Assembly: GCA_029210225.1 (NCBI GenBank)
Contig: JARGOJ010000001.1
Coordinates: forward strand, 1-47,398
Source of the DNA: Planctomycetota bacterium
Lineage (GTDB): Bacteria > Planctomycetota > J058 > JARGOJ01
DNA: 47,398 nucleotides
Direction: 5' to 3'
Shown in pieces: positions 19,801 to 27,138 of the stretch. Every line of letters begins with the position of its first letter. Position 1 is the stretch's first letter. The notes under the pieces were generated by a model, which saw nothing but the letters and a program-made list of their open reading frames with translations, was not told where the DNA came from and ran no database searches. The translations under genes were made by a program, and so were the position numbers.

Positions 19801-22800
19801 AGGTAAGGCTCTGCAGATTGGTATCTATGCTTTGGTGACCCGCCATCTCTTCTCAAAGATGGGGACTATGGGGGTTCGCGGGGGTGTTCTTGTTCTTAAT
19901 GAACCGAATAAACGGGGAGGAGAAAAGTCGGAGGCTTTGGACCACCCTCTTTATGGTGTTTACCGCGAACATATAACAGCGACAAAGAAAGGGAGAACCT
20001 GGGTTTGTGGGGAAGATCAGGGCGAGATTGTTGAGCAGAATTTAGAGGCGGTTAAGGCGAAGATTAGCAAGCTTGACGATCAAGTCAGAAAAGGCGAACT
20101 CTGGCAGGAACAGTCCCCCGCAGCCTGTGGTTATTGCGATTACAAAGACATCTGCTTTCATGAAGAGTCTATTTTAGAGGAGAAAAGGAAGAACGCGGGA
20201 GAAGGTATTCGGACCCTTGAAGAGCTGCCTCCAGATACTCGGGAGAAGACTCAGATATTGAAGCGCGACTCGAAGCGTAAGAGTCGGAAAATGGGATCCA
20301 AGGCGGTCAAGCTTTCAAAGGAACAAGAGTTGGCGGCGGATTCTTCTCGGTCGGCTTCAGTGTCTGCGGGGGCAGGGTCGGGGAAAACCTTCATTCTTAA
20401 AACTCGGGTCGCTCGGTTAATTCGAAGCGGTGTGTCTGTCCGTTCAATACTCGCGATTACCTTTACCGAGAAAGCCGCTGGGGAGATTCGTGAGCGAATT
20501 GAACAAGCTTTGGGTGAAGCGCTTGATGAAGGATCGGTGGATGGCCGCGATTTAACGGCTGAAGAGAAGGCTCTCTTTGTCAAAGCTCGCAGTGAGATGG
20601 CCTCCGCTTCCATTTCAACAATTCACTCCTTCTGCCATCAGCTCATTGCCATGGATCCCCTGCTTTCATCCGTGCCTTCGGCCTTGAGAGTGATTACAGG
20701 ACCAGAGCTTGAAGATATTGAACGAGAAGTGACGCGCTTGTTGTTCTCTCATAAGTCGCCGGTCTCTGAAGATATTGAGAGTTTGCTTAACGATGGAATC
20801 GCGGTTAGGACTCTGCGCCGGGAGATCCGCTTAAGGTTGACTCACCAGGCAGGAACACGCCAGCTTGTCGAGGGCATGACGCGGTCGACTGCGGATTGGG
20901 CAGAGCTTTTTCCGAGGCTTCAAGATGCGCTTTTAGAAAAGCAGCTTCTACCTCTTAAACGCTTTGTTCAAGAGTGGGTTTTAGCGGCCGGAGATTGGGC
21001 AGATACGGAGGACGGTCAGAGTTATTTAGCAGCTAGAGACAATCGGGAAGAAGAGTTCGAAAGGCTGCTTATTGAGGTTGAGGATGCACTGACTGATCTG
21101 AAGAGAGAGCAATACGTTGAGGCCTGTGAAGGCTTTTTGTCGTGCCTTGAGCGACTCAAAACACGATCGTCTGTGGCGGCATTCAGGAAGAGTAAGAAGC
21201 TTCCTCAGAATTGGTGGAAGGAGCTTCGGGACGAGTTAGAGTCGGCGAAATTGCCGGAGCCAACTCATAGCTTTGAGAAGGAACATGCCTCTGTTCGATT
21301 GGCTTTACGTTTCTTAAGCGTGGTTCAAAGAGCTCAAAACATCTATCAAGAGAAGAAGAGAGAGTTTGGGGTTCTAGACTTTGAAGATCTCGTAGAGCGC
21401 GCTTATCAGATGCTTGTCGGTGAGACGGTTTCTGAGGATCTGGAGGAGCGTCGGGAGATTCTTATTAAGAAATTGCATGAGCGCTTTAAGCATGTCCTTG
21501 TTGATGAGTTCCAAGATACAGACCAGCGGCAATGGGATATTGTCCAAGCTTTGATTCAGAAGGACTCGAAGGATTCGACTCTCTTTATTGTGGGGGATGC
21601 GAAGCAATCCATTTATAGCTGGAGAAACAGTGATAACCGCGTTTTTGAGAAGGCGAGAAATGTTTTAGAGGCGGAGTTAGATGGTCAGAAGTTGGTCTTG
21701 TCGGATAACTATCGCTCTGGTCAGGCTGTGATTGATTGGGTGAACACCTTCTTTGAGAATGTTTTTAAGAGCGAGTTTAATGTCGACTTTGGCGGCGATG
21801 GTTCTAAGTTTGTCGACACCGCTGTTCTTCCCCAACCTATGAAAGCGGCGAGTTCTCTTCCTGAGGGTTCGGTTCATGTGATGTGGATTGATAAAGCTCG
21901 GGAGTCGGACAATTCTTATTTCAAAGACGAGACTCTCGACGAGTTTATGAGCGTGGCGAAGATCACTCAGAAGATCTTGGAGGGGGATGCGCGCTTCACG
22001 GTTCCTGATCATGAGGGGCCGACAATTGGAATCTTATGTCGAACAACGCGGACTCTTCGAGGAATGGGGCAGGCGCTCGATCGTTTGGCGATACCTTATT
22101 CTTCAAGTCACAGGGCTGGATTCTTCACTCAAGAGTCTGTGCAAATTATGGAGACGGCGTTAAGGGCCCTTGTCTTCGAGCAGGATGATATCTCTTTGGC
22201 GGGCTTGCTCCGAGGTCCTCTCATGGCTTGGACTGATCGCGATTTGTTAGAGGCTAAAGTCGCTCTACATAATGCTCGGAAGGGTCGTCGTTGGACAGAG
22301 GCTTTGCGGAACGGAGAATGGAATAGTGACGAGCGAGGGCAAGCGTTCTTCAGGCTTTATAGTCGTTGGAAGCATGCTTTAGATTACTGTACTCCTTCGG
22401 CTTTACTGCGCTTAATCGTGGCGGATACGGGCATTGATATAGCTTACGCGGCGACAGATAGGATGGCGTCTCTCCGTAACATTCGTCGCCTTATTGAGAT
22501 GGTCGAGCAGGTTGAGAAAGAGTCCTATTTATTAAACGGGGTGATTGATCTTCTCTCATGGATGAACAGTCAGCGCTTTACAGCTCCGGAGGGAGCGGCC
22601 CTTGCTCCGGCGGATGATATTCCAGTGTCCTTGACGACGATTCATGGCTCGAAGGGGCTTGAGTTTCCTATTGTCATTTTGCCGGGTCTTGGGCGGCGTT
22701 GTTTGCAGGATCAGGACTTCATTGAAGTGGAGCTGCCTGGAGATGAGGGCGTTTATAGTCTCGGTATGAAGGTCCTCTCAAAAGACAAAGGTTATAAGCG

Positions 22801-23110
22801 GGTCGATACGGTCCTCTCGTCGATTCTGAAGCAACGGAGTCATGCTCGGAGTCGGTCTGAAGAGAAGCGCCTCTTTTATGTGGCCTGTACTCGGGCGGCT
22901 TCGCATCTCATCTTGCCTGTTGTGGCGAATAGGAAGCAGAGCTTTGATTTTGATGGAGGTGAGGCGAAGGTGCGGCGGGCGCTTCGATTCGCGAGCAGCC
23001 ATCGCCGTTTAGTTGTCTCTAGCGCCATACCCGATGAGCATGAAGACCCCGGTGAGTTTGAGTATAGATCGGCGTCAAACAGCGTCTTTGTGCCGGTTAT
23101 ATCTCTCTAG
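16898..23110 (+). CDS. Single-polypeptide AddB-like (Fe-S PD-(D/E)XK nuclease) + AddA/UvrD-like helicase fusion, about 2070 aa
   Basis: N-terminal half: Cys at LADCPHRHFF (19250), nuclease motif IIDRLD..LILDYKTGR (DYK at 19757-19765) and CGYCDYKDIC (20126-20155). C-terminal half: UvrD motifs AGAGSGKTF (20366-20389), ILAITFTEKAAGEIRERI, LVDEFQDTDQRQW, TIHGSKGLEFPIV and RLFYVACTRA. No stop separates the two halves. Confidence 0.8.
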   Translation: MGSTVLDLWAGRAELTLNLEKESKLWVLVRDPIRKSEILNAIQSQKTLLCQFKVLLYEDLVGKLASLNKPALTVLSEKSALALLKSIYESHEDQFRELNKYRSQMKERQAGSFYREIYKSLKEACSFTLKGEESFDGELGREELKLLLEHYKNDQLKQSFVDPFVWLDILSESFPSELKKELPDFFIVDQLENIKPIEERFLGSLAEQIKNFFVVAPTDLLSLAHKDKGSMPFLDYVRGSGRLLESHKSEIELVTLAQKKQSNIVKALFNEGLGKQTITADHLEIWSCHDYREELSTLISRIQDKKNKGLWEYEDVHVAVPDISLYSGLIAELFQDAELPYFLSQKAPLNSYPSIARLGSLFSWLETGYSEAMLACHSSLSKGTKGAKIVEKDLAHFRARYKNYDKLFSDLEAKGDFISFGEKVNHELDAPRLHSAMRKAQARGGIDFEEDWLNPLFISSRYWMGSKFESLYWVSNVLLDLVALEKSWRDFEALRYESLTIGEGVQFLKELFPKDILEKEKETLAEDNKDVFETLFGENKEAFEELFNLLDDLVEEENLGAQNAWTDDSVKIGLSGLKDLIFESMGRGPRPNQDLPNNAVYITTLREARSFGLDRKVLFCLGLTTSIVHNMGDLDYPQRKLLDDHPRSPEYDPNASIRWTLGRFLQEEDCLVLSSPRVKENTEALPTTILADLKRWIDKGYLVLRDPEELKFQSNRDKLIDDPRFIPSPLKGHVEDSIKVIEARSNPIMTPFDGYLGSIYDIIEKAKPEEANEYSPTMLEILADCPHRHFFANMIYLQEFPEVKEELPRHEVGTAVHACLEDFWELEDAWQGEPIDGDNFDQACEVMNRIALRVLEKSGIDWNRGPLRRFDRHSILLGLDKEGDSGPRGMLKAALAYHRDLPFLAGPPFKTEMKFGMEKEAPVPITEKVSARGIIDRLDLTYDENDQVHYLILDYKTGRGKTIRDVEKGKALQIGIYALVTRHLFSKMGTMGVRGGVLVLNEPNKRGGEKSEALDHPLYGVYREHITATKKGRTWVCGEDQGEIVEQNLEAVKAKISKLDDQVRKGELWQEQSPAACGYCDYKDICFHEESILEEKRKNAGEGIRTLEELPPDTREKTQILKRDSKRKSRKMGSKAVKLSKEQELAADSSRSASVSAGAGSGKTFILKTRVARLIRSGVSVRSILAITFTEKAAGEIRERIEQALGEALDEGSVDGRDLTAEEKALFVKARSEMASASISTIHSFCHQLIAMDPLLSSVPSALRVITGPELEDIEREVTRLLFSHKSPVSEDIESLLNDGIAVRTLRREIRLRLTHQAGTRQLVEGMTRSTADWAELFPRLQDALLEKQLLPLKRFVQEWVLAAGDWADTEDGQSYLAARDNREEEFERLLIEVEDALTDLKREQYVEACEGFLSCLERLKTRSSVAAFRKSKKLPQNWWKELRDELESAKLPEPTHSFEKEHASVRLALRFLSVVQRAQNIYQEKKREFGVLDFEDLVERAYQMLVGETVSEDLEERREILIKKLHERFKHVLVDEFQDTDQRQWDIVQALIQKDSKDSTLFIVGDAKQSIYSWRNSDNRVFEKARNVLEAELDGQKLVLSDNYRSGQAVIDWVNTFFENVFKSEFNVDFGGDGSKFVDTAVLPQPMKAASSLPEGSVHVMWIDKARESDNSYFKDETLDEFMSVAKITQKILEGDARFTVPDHEGPTIGILCRTTRTLRGMGQALDRLAIPYSSSHRAGFFTQESVQIMETALRALVFEQDDISLAGLLRGPLMAWTDRDLLEAKVALHNARKGRRWTEALRNGEWNSDERGQAFFRLYSRWKHALDYCTPSALLRLIVADTGIDIAYAATDRMASLRNIRRLIEMVEQVEKESYLLNGVIDLLSWMNSQRFTAPEGAALAPADDIPVSLTTIHGSKGLEFPIVILPGLGRRCLQDQDFIEVELPGDEGVYSLGMKVLSKDKGYKRVDTVLSSILKQRSHARSRSEEKRLFYVACTRAASHLILPVVANRKQSFDFDGGEAKVRRALRFASSHRRLVVSSAIPDEHEDPGEFEYRSASNSVFVPVISL

Positions 23111-23117
23111 GGTTGTT

Positions 23118-23134
23118 TATAAACCTTGTTTATA
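23118..23134. promoter_or_regulatory. 17-bp palindrome TATAAACCTTGTTTATA, copy 1
   Basis: 7-3-7 inverted repeat located 8 nt after the helicase-nuclease stop. The surrounding TTTATAAACCTTGTTTATATTTTTAG is identical in all three copies. Confidence 0.6.
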
Positions 23135-23287
23135 TTTTTAGGCGCTCGAAAATGTCTAAAGTTATGCCTGGCATTGGTCGATAGGCGGCTGAAAATTGAA
23201 AGAGTTTTGAAAAGGTTGAAACTCTTCAGGAAAATATGGGTCAAAGGCGGCAAGTCTTATATTTTAGAGAGATTGGAAGATCTTGTG

Positions 23288-23875
23288 ATGACAAAGAAAA
23301 TGTTGGCGGCTGTGTTAGTTATGGCCTTTTGCGGAAGTCAGTCTGTTTCGGCGGATGTGATTCCAGGGAACGTGAAGTCTGTGAAGCACACAATCACGTT
23401 TACTGGGCTTAAGAAGTTCAAAGGTAAGAAGTTCATACTCTCGCCGACAAACGGTCATTACAGGGAAACAATGCGTGGTGGGAAAATTAAATTTGCGGTT
23501 ATAGAAGAGGGGAAGCCTGTTCACTTTGGCAGTCACTTTTCGCCGAAGGTTTATGTTGTTGACGATTCTTTTGATCTGAAGACGATTACGAATGCCTGGT
23601 TCAAGAAGAAGGACCATATTGTTTCAAAGAAGATCAGTCGCTCTTCATTTATTGATCGCTCAAGCCCAGTCATGTCTATTAAGACGACTTATGAGCTTGT
23701 CAAAATCGAGAAGAAGGTTCTTGTCCTCAAAGAGAAGACAACGAAATCGAACAAGGCTGGAAAAGTGATTAAGCCGAGTGATAGTCCAAAGCAGAAATTG
23801 TTCTATGGCCTGCCTTTATTGACACTCTTCGCCGGGTCTTTTTTACTTTCCCGTCGCAAGAAGAACGCAGAATAA
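23288..23875 (+). CDS. Exported protein with a C-terminal GLPLL-TM-SRR anchor/sorting-like tail, 195 aa
   Basis: Signal peptide MTKKMLAAVLVMAFCGSQSVSAD from the ATG at 23288. The C-terminus is YGLPLLTLFAGSFLLSRRKKNAE. Confidence 0.65.
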   Translation: MTKKMLAAVLVMAFCGSQSVSADVIPGNVKSVKHTITFTGLKKFKGKKFILSPTNGHYRETMRGGKIKFAVIEEGKPVHFGSHFSPKVYVVDDSFDLKTITNAWFKKKDHIVSKKISRSSFIDRSSPVMSIKTTYELVKIEKKVLVLKEKTTKSNKAGKVIKPSDSPKQKLFYGLPLLTLFAGSFLLSRRKKNAE

Positions 23876-23912
23876 GGCTCTTCTTGATTGTCCTCTGACT
23901 TGTCTGGCCGAT

Positions 23913-23929
23913 TTATAAACCTTGTTTAT
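23913..23929. promoter_or_regulatory. 17-bp palindrome TATAAACCTTGTTTATA, copy 2
   Basis: Identical 26-nt core. The roughly 90 bp downstream also resembles the region downstream of copy 1. Confidence 0.6.
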
Positions 23930-24047
23930 ATTTTTAGCGCCTCGGAATTATCTAAAGTCATAGGACAATCGATGACGATAACGTGCCAAAATTGAAAGAA
24001 GACCGTCAAAGCTTGAAGATATAGGCTTTAAAATAAGGAGAATAATC

Positions 24048-24230
24048 ATGGGAAAAGTTGTTTGCTTGGCCGCTGGAATGCTTGTCTTACTCGGAACAAC
24101 AGCCGCTTACGCAGATATCGCTCCGCCTCCTCAAGAGAATGTCTTGCTCGGTCGGTCTTTGCTAGTTGGCTTGCCTTTGCTTGCTCTCATTGCTGGGTCC
24201 TATCTTTGGTCTCGTCGCAGCGCCTCTTAA
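24048..24230 (+). CDS. Mini exported protein (60 aa): signal peptide + short linker + the same GLPLL-TM-SRR tail
   Basis: Strong RBS AAGGAG. Signal peptide MGKVVCLAAGMLVLLGTTAAYAD. The C-terminus is VGLPLLALIAGSYLWSRRSAS. Confidence 0.6.
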   Translation: MGKVVCLAAGMLVLLGTTAAYADIAPPPQENVLLGRSLLVGLPLLALIAGSYLWSRRSAS

Positions 24231-24258
24231 TAGGTTGATGAGAGAGGAAGGCTTTTAA

Positions 24259-24573
24259 GTGGATCCATGGCTTCTATATTTGAAAGCATTCCTTATTACG
24301 ATTGCCATTGAGGTGCCTCTCTTTACTCTGCTATCAGGAATCAAGCCTCGTTTATCAGCGGCGAGAGATGGCTTCTTCGTGAACCTCTTCACCCATCCTC
24401 TGGCTGTCTTTTCGGTCTGGTTTTTAGCAGCGCCTTTCGGTCTGATCGAGGCGCTTGTCTTCCTCGCCGAGGCCCTTCTTTATTGGAAGATCTGTCGTCT
24501 CTCGGCCTCTAAGGCTTTCGCCCTTGCCTTTCTTCTCAACGCCATCACAGCTTCCTTGTCTTTTCTTATATAA
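24259..24573 (+). CDS. Small polytopic membrane protein, 104 aa, unknown function
   Basis: GTG start. Three to four hydrophobic helices by eye. Co-directional and closely spaced with its neighbours. Confidence 0.5.
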   Translation: MDPWLLYLKAFLITIAIEVPLFTLLSGIKPRLSAARDGFFVNLFTHPLAVFSVWFLAAPFGLIEALVFLAEALLYWKICRLSASKAFALAFLLNAITASLSFLI

Positions 24574-24578
24574 GGATA

Positions 24579-25517
24579 GTGATCGTGGATTGGGATTTTC
24601 TAGCGCCTATCCTCAATGAGTTTACGAACCCTAGTCGCCGTCTCTATTGGCCCTATCTTCTCATGGCCGGGGGGATGGCATTGCTCTTGGTTTTTCTTAG
24701 AAAATCGGAAGGGTGGGGGAGCTTCAGAGCTTTTGTTGATACTGCAGAGAAGCGCCGAAGCCTGAGGACCGACCTGGTCTTTTTCCTATCAAATCAATTT
24801 ATATTCGCCGCGTTCTTCTTGCCCTTACTTATTCAGCAGGAAGCGGTAACGACTTGGACGATTCAAAGCTGGGGGCTGTCGATACCCGTTCTATTTGAAG
24901 GGACAAGCCTGCCCTTAAACCTTACTTTGAGCCTCTTCTTAGTCGTGATTTTCGACGGCACTCTATTCCTGGTTCATTGGGCGATGCACAGGGTTCCTGT
25001 TCTGTGGTCTTTTCATAAGGTTCACCATGGGGCGGAGGCATTGAATCCATTGACGGCTCACAGGTCTCATCCTCTTGAGATCTCTATAACGACTTTCGTC
25101 TTGGCGATAACAATGGGACCAAGCACGGCCTGCCTTCAACTTCTCTTTCCAGCTTATGAACTCTTTGATTTATGGGGCGCGAACGTGTTTTTGGTGGCCT
25201 TCTATTTCCTTGGATATAACTTGCGGCATTCTCATATCTGGCTCGACTATCCAAAAGTGATAAAGCTCGCTCTTATCAGCCCCGCTCAGCATCAAGTTCA
25301 TCACAGTGTGGCTAAGGAGCACTGGGACAAGAATTACGGTTTTATCTTCTCCTTCTGGGATCGCGCCTTGGGGACGTACTACTCTTCTTCAGCGCGGGAG
25401 AACCTGACCTTTGGTTTATCTCCGGAGGATCAGAAAAAATATCGTCAGGTAGGGCAACTCTATTTCGAACCGTTTGTTGATGCAGCCCAATGTTTACGTA
25501 GAAAAGACGATTTATAA
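24579..25517 (+). CDS. Fatty acid hydroxylase / sterol desaturase superfamily membrane protein
   Basis: GTG start with an AAGGA RBS. Histidine boxes HWAMH, HKVHH and HQVHH. Multiple TM segments. Confidence 0.75.
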   Translation: MIVDWDFLAPILNEFTNPSRRLYWPYLLMAGGMALLLVFLRKSEGWGSFRAFVDTAEKRRSLRTDLVFFLSNQFIFAAFFLPLLIQQEAVTTWTIQSWGLSIPVLFEGTSLPLNLTLSLFLVVIFDGTLFLVHWAMHRVPVLWSFHKVHHGAEALNPLTAHRSHPLEISITTFVLAITMGPSTACLQLLFPAYELFDLWGANVFLVAFYFLGYNLRHSHIWLDYPKVIKLALISPAQHQVHHSVAKEHWDKNYGFIFSFWDRALGTYYSSSARENLTFGLSPEDQKKYRQVGQLYFEPFVDAAQCLRRKDDL

Positions 25518-25529
25518 ACCTTGTTTATA
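25513..25529. promoter_or_regulatory. 17-bp palindrome TATAAACCTTGTTTATA, copy 3
   Basis: Overlaps the TAA stop of the hydroxylase gene (25515-25517). Confidence 0.6.
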
Positions 25530-25680
25530 TTTTTAGAGGGCTTCAGATTAGAGGCTGAAGTGCCGATATTTTTCTTGGAAAAAAGTAGAGGCGCTCTTGT
25601 GTGTTTTGAAAAGAAGATGATACTATTTAATTGTTAGGAATATTTTAGGCCCATGGCCTTTCCTAATAGCGATCTTTGAC

Positions 25681-25950
25681 AGTTAAGAATGTTTTGAGCA
25701 AATAGGTCTAGCCTGGTGCTTTGCACCTCGAGAGGCGTTGCGCCTCTCTGGCTCTATATTTTGCCAAACCTCATAAGGAAGGTTGTTTCAGCATAAAGAC
25801 CGCGGTGGACCCCTACTAGTCCCCGTGACCTGAGACAACCTTGCCTATCAAGGTTTCACGGGGACTAGTAGGGGTCCACCGCGGTCTTTATTGCAGTGAA
25901 CCTTCCATATTCCAGGTCTAATTGTAGGCTTTGCTTAAACATTCTTAACT
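25681..25950. repeat. Compound inverted repeat upstream of parA; the core is a perfect 36-bp stem (25793-25828 / 25856-25891)
   Basis: Core arms are ataaagaccgcggtggacccctactagtccccgtga and its exact reverse complement, separated by 27 nt that contain a nested aacctt/aaggtt repeat. Outer arms are agttaagaatgttt (25681-25694) and aaacattcttaact (25937-25950), plus ggaaggtt/aaccttcc. Confidence 0.85.
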
Positions 25951-26139
25951 TCAAAATCTCGCCTCTTGAAAGCTTGATTCGCCTTTATCACAAGGGACTG
26001 AAACGCTTTCCAATTCCACTCAGAGACTATTTATAGAAAGAGATGCTTCAAGCATTTCTAAGACTTTGCCGAAAAACCGTTATCGGGATCAATCTCCCTA
26101 TAAGGCCACTTTGTTTCCTACGGATTCCAAGGTTTCTCC

Positions 26140-27138
26140 ATGCAAGTCATCTCCATTGTGAATCGAAAAGGCGGCGTTGGAAAAACAACGACAGCCGTTT
26201 ACCTCTCTCTTTGTCTTGCCAAGCTCGGTAAGCGTGTCTTAACGATCGACCTCGATCCTCAAGGAAACGCGACTCAGTTATTGGTGCGCAAGACCTTCAT
26301 CCCTGATGACAAAACCATCGGCGATGTTTTAACGGGAGAGGTCTCAGGCTTGAAAGACGTGATTGTCGCGTCGGATGTTGGTGAGCTTGATGTGGCTCCC
26401 GCCTCGGATCGAATCAAGGAGGTTGAGCGCCGCATCGACCGCTACCCACTTCGGGACTTCCTTCTTTCCAATGCATTGAAAGAGGTCGATTACGACTTCG
26501 TTGTGATTGATACATCTCCGGCGGCGGATTCCAATCTCGTGCGAAATGGAATCTTCGCGTCCACCCACGCTATTATTCCCATTGAGGCGGCCTTGCTCTC
26601 AATGAGTGGCTATGTCCTCGCTCTTGAAGATCTCCACACCCTCTTTCGTCACCTTCCTGAGGATGGCCAGCCAGTACTTCTTGGGCCGCTATTAACGCGC
26701 TGGGATAAGAGAGAGAGCGTTGCTGTTGAGTGTTTCGATTACCTCACGGAGCACGAGGACGAGCGTTTTCCTACGGCGAAGTTATTCGGCACAGTGATTC
26801 GCACGAATACAAAGCTTAAGAATGTCGTTGATCCCAGTGAACTAAAGCCTCGCAAAAGAAGTTTTGATGATCACATGGCTTTGGCGAACGAAGTGATCTC
26901 TAGAATTACAGGGGTTGCACCTGAGAAAGTCGCTAAAAAGCTGGCCAAAAAGAGAACGAGAAAGGCTCCCGCTAAAAAGAAGATCACTTCTAAAACCGTG
27001 ACGAAGAAAGCTCCGGCGAAGAGAACCGTGAAAGCCAAGACAACGAAGACGGCCGTTAAGAAAGCTCCTGCTAAGAAAACTCGCCGCCGAGTGCAGAGAA
27101 AACGAACCGTAGCAACAAAGACAGGGAGCGCTTCATGA
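26140..27138 (+). CDS. parA: ParA/Soj-family partition ATPase with a Lys/Ala-rich histone-H1-like C-terminal tail
   Basis: Deviant Walker A NRKGGVGKTTTA and the motif VVIDTSP. The tail (about 26925-27135) reads KKLAKKRTRKAPAKKKITSKTVTKKAPAKRTVKAKTTKTAVKKAPAKKTRRR. Confidence 0.9.
   Translation: MQVISIVNRKGGVGKTTTAVYLSLCLAKLGKRVLTIDLDPQGNATQLLVRKTFIPDDKTIGDVLTGEVSGLKDVIVASDVGELDVAPASDRIKEVERRIDRYPLRDFLLSNALKEVDYDFVVIDTSPAADSNLVRNGIFASTHAIIPIEAALLSMSGYVLALEDLHTLFRHLPEDGQPVLLGPLLTRWDKRESVAVECFDYLTEHEDERFPTAKLFGTVIRTNTKLKNVVDPSELKPRKRSFDDHMALANEVISRITGVAPEKVAKKLAKKRTRKAPAKKKITSKTVTKKAPAKRTVKAKTTKTAVKKAPAKKTRRRVQRKRTVATKTGSAS

Noticed and set aside
25854-25861. GTTTCACG, a half-site match to the canonical chromosomal parS (TGTTTCACGTGAAACA), at the loop/stem junction of the big palindrome.
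   Set aside because: It is only an 8-mer half-site with no symmetric partner (the left arm reads CGTGACC). About one such match is expected by chance in 47 kb on two strands.
25793-25891. The perfect 36-bp inverted repeat as a protelomerase (telRL-like) target, or as a simple rho-independent terminator.
   Set aside because: tel sites are uninterrupted palindromes, whereas this one has a 27-nt asymmetric spacer. No T-run follows, and the stem is far longer than terminators need. I kept it as a centromere/operator candidate instead.
26043-26231. A 62-aa ORF overlapping the parA start.
   Set aside because: It is out of frame with parA, has no RBS, and lies in the regulatory gap. It is likely spurious.
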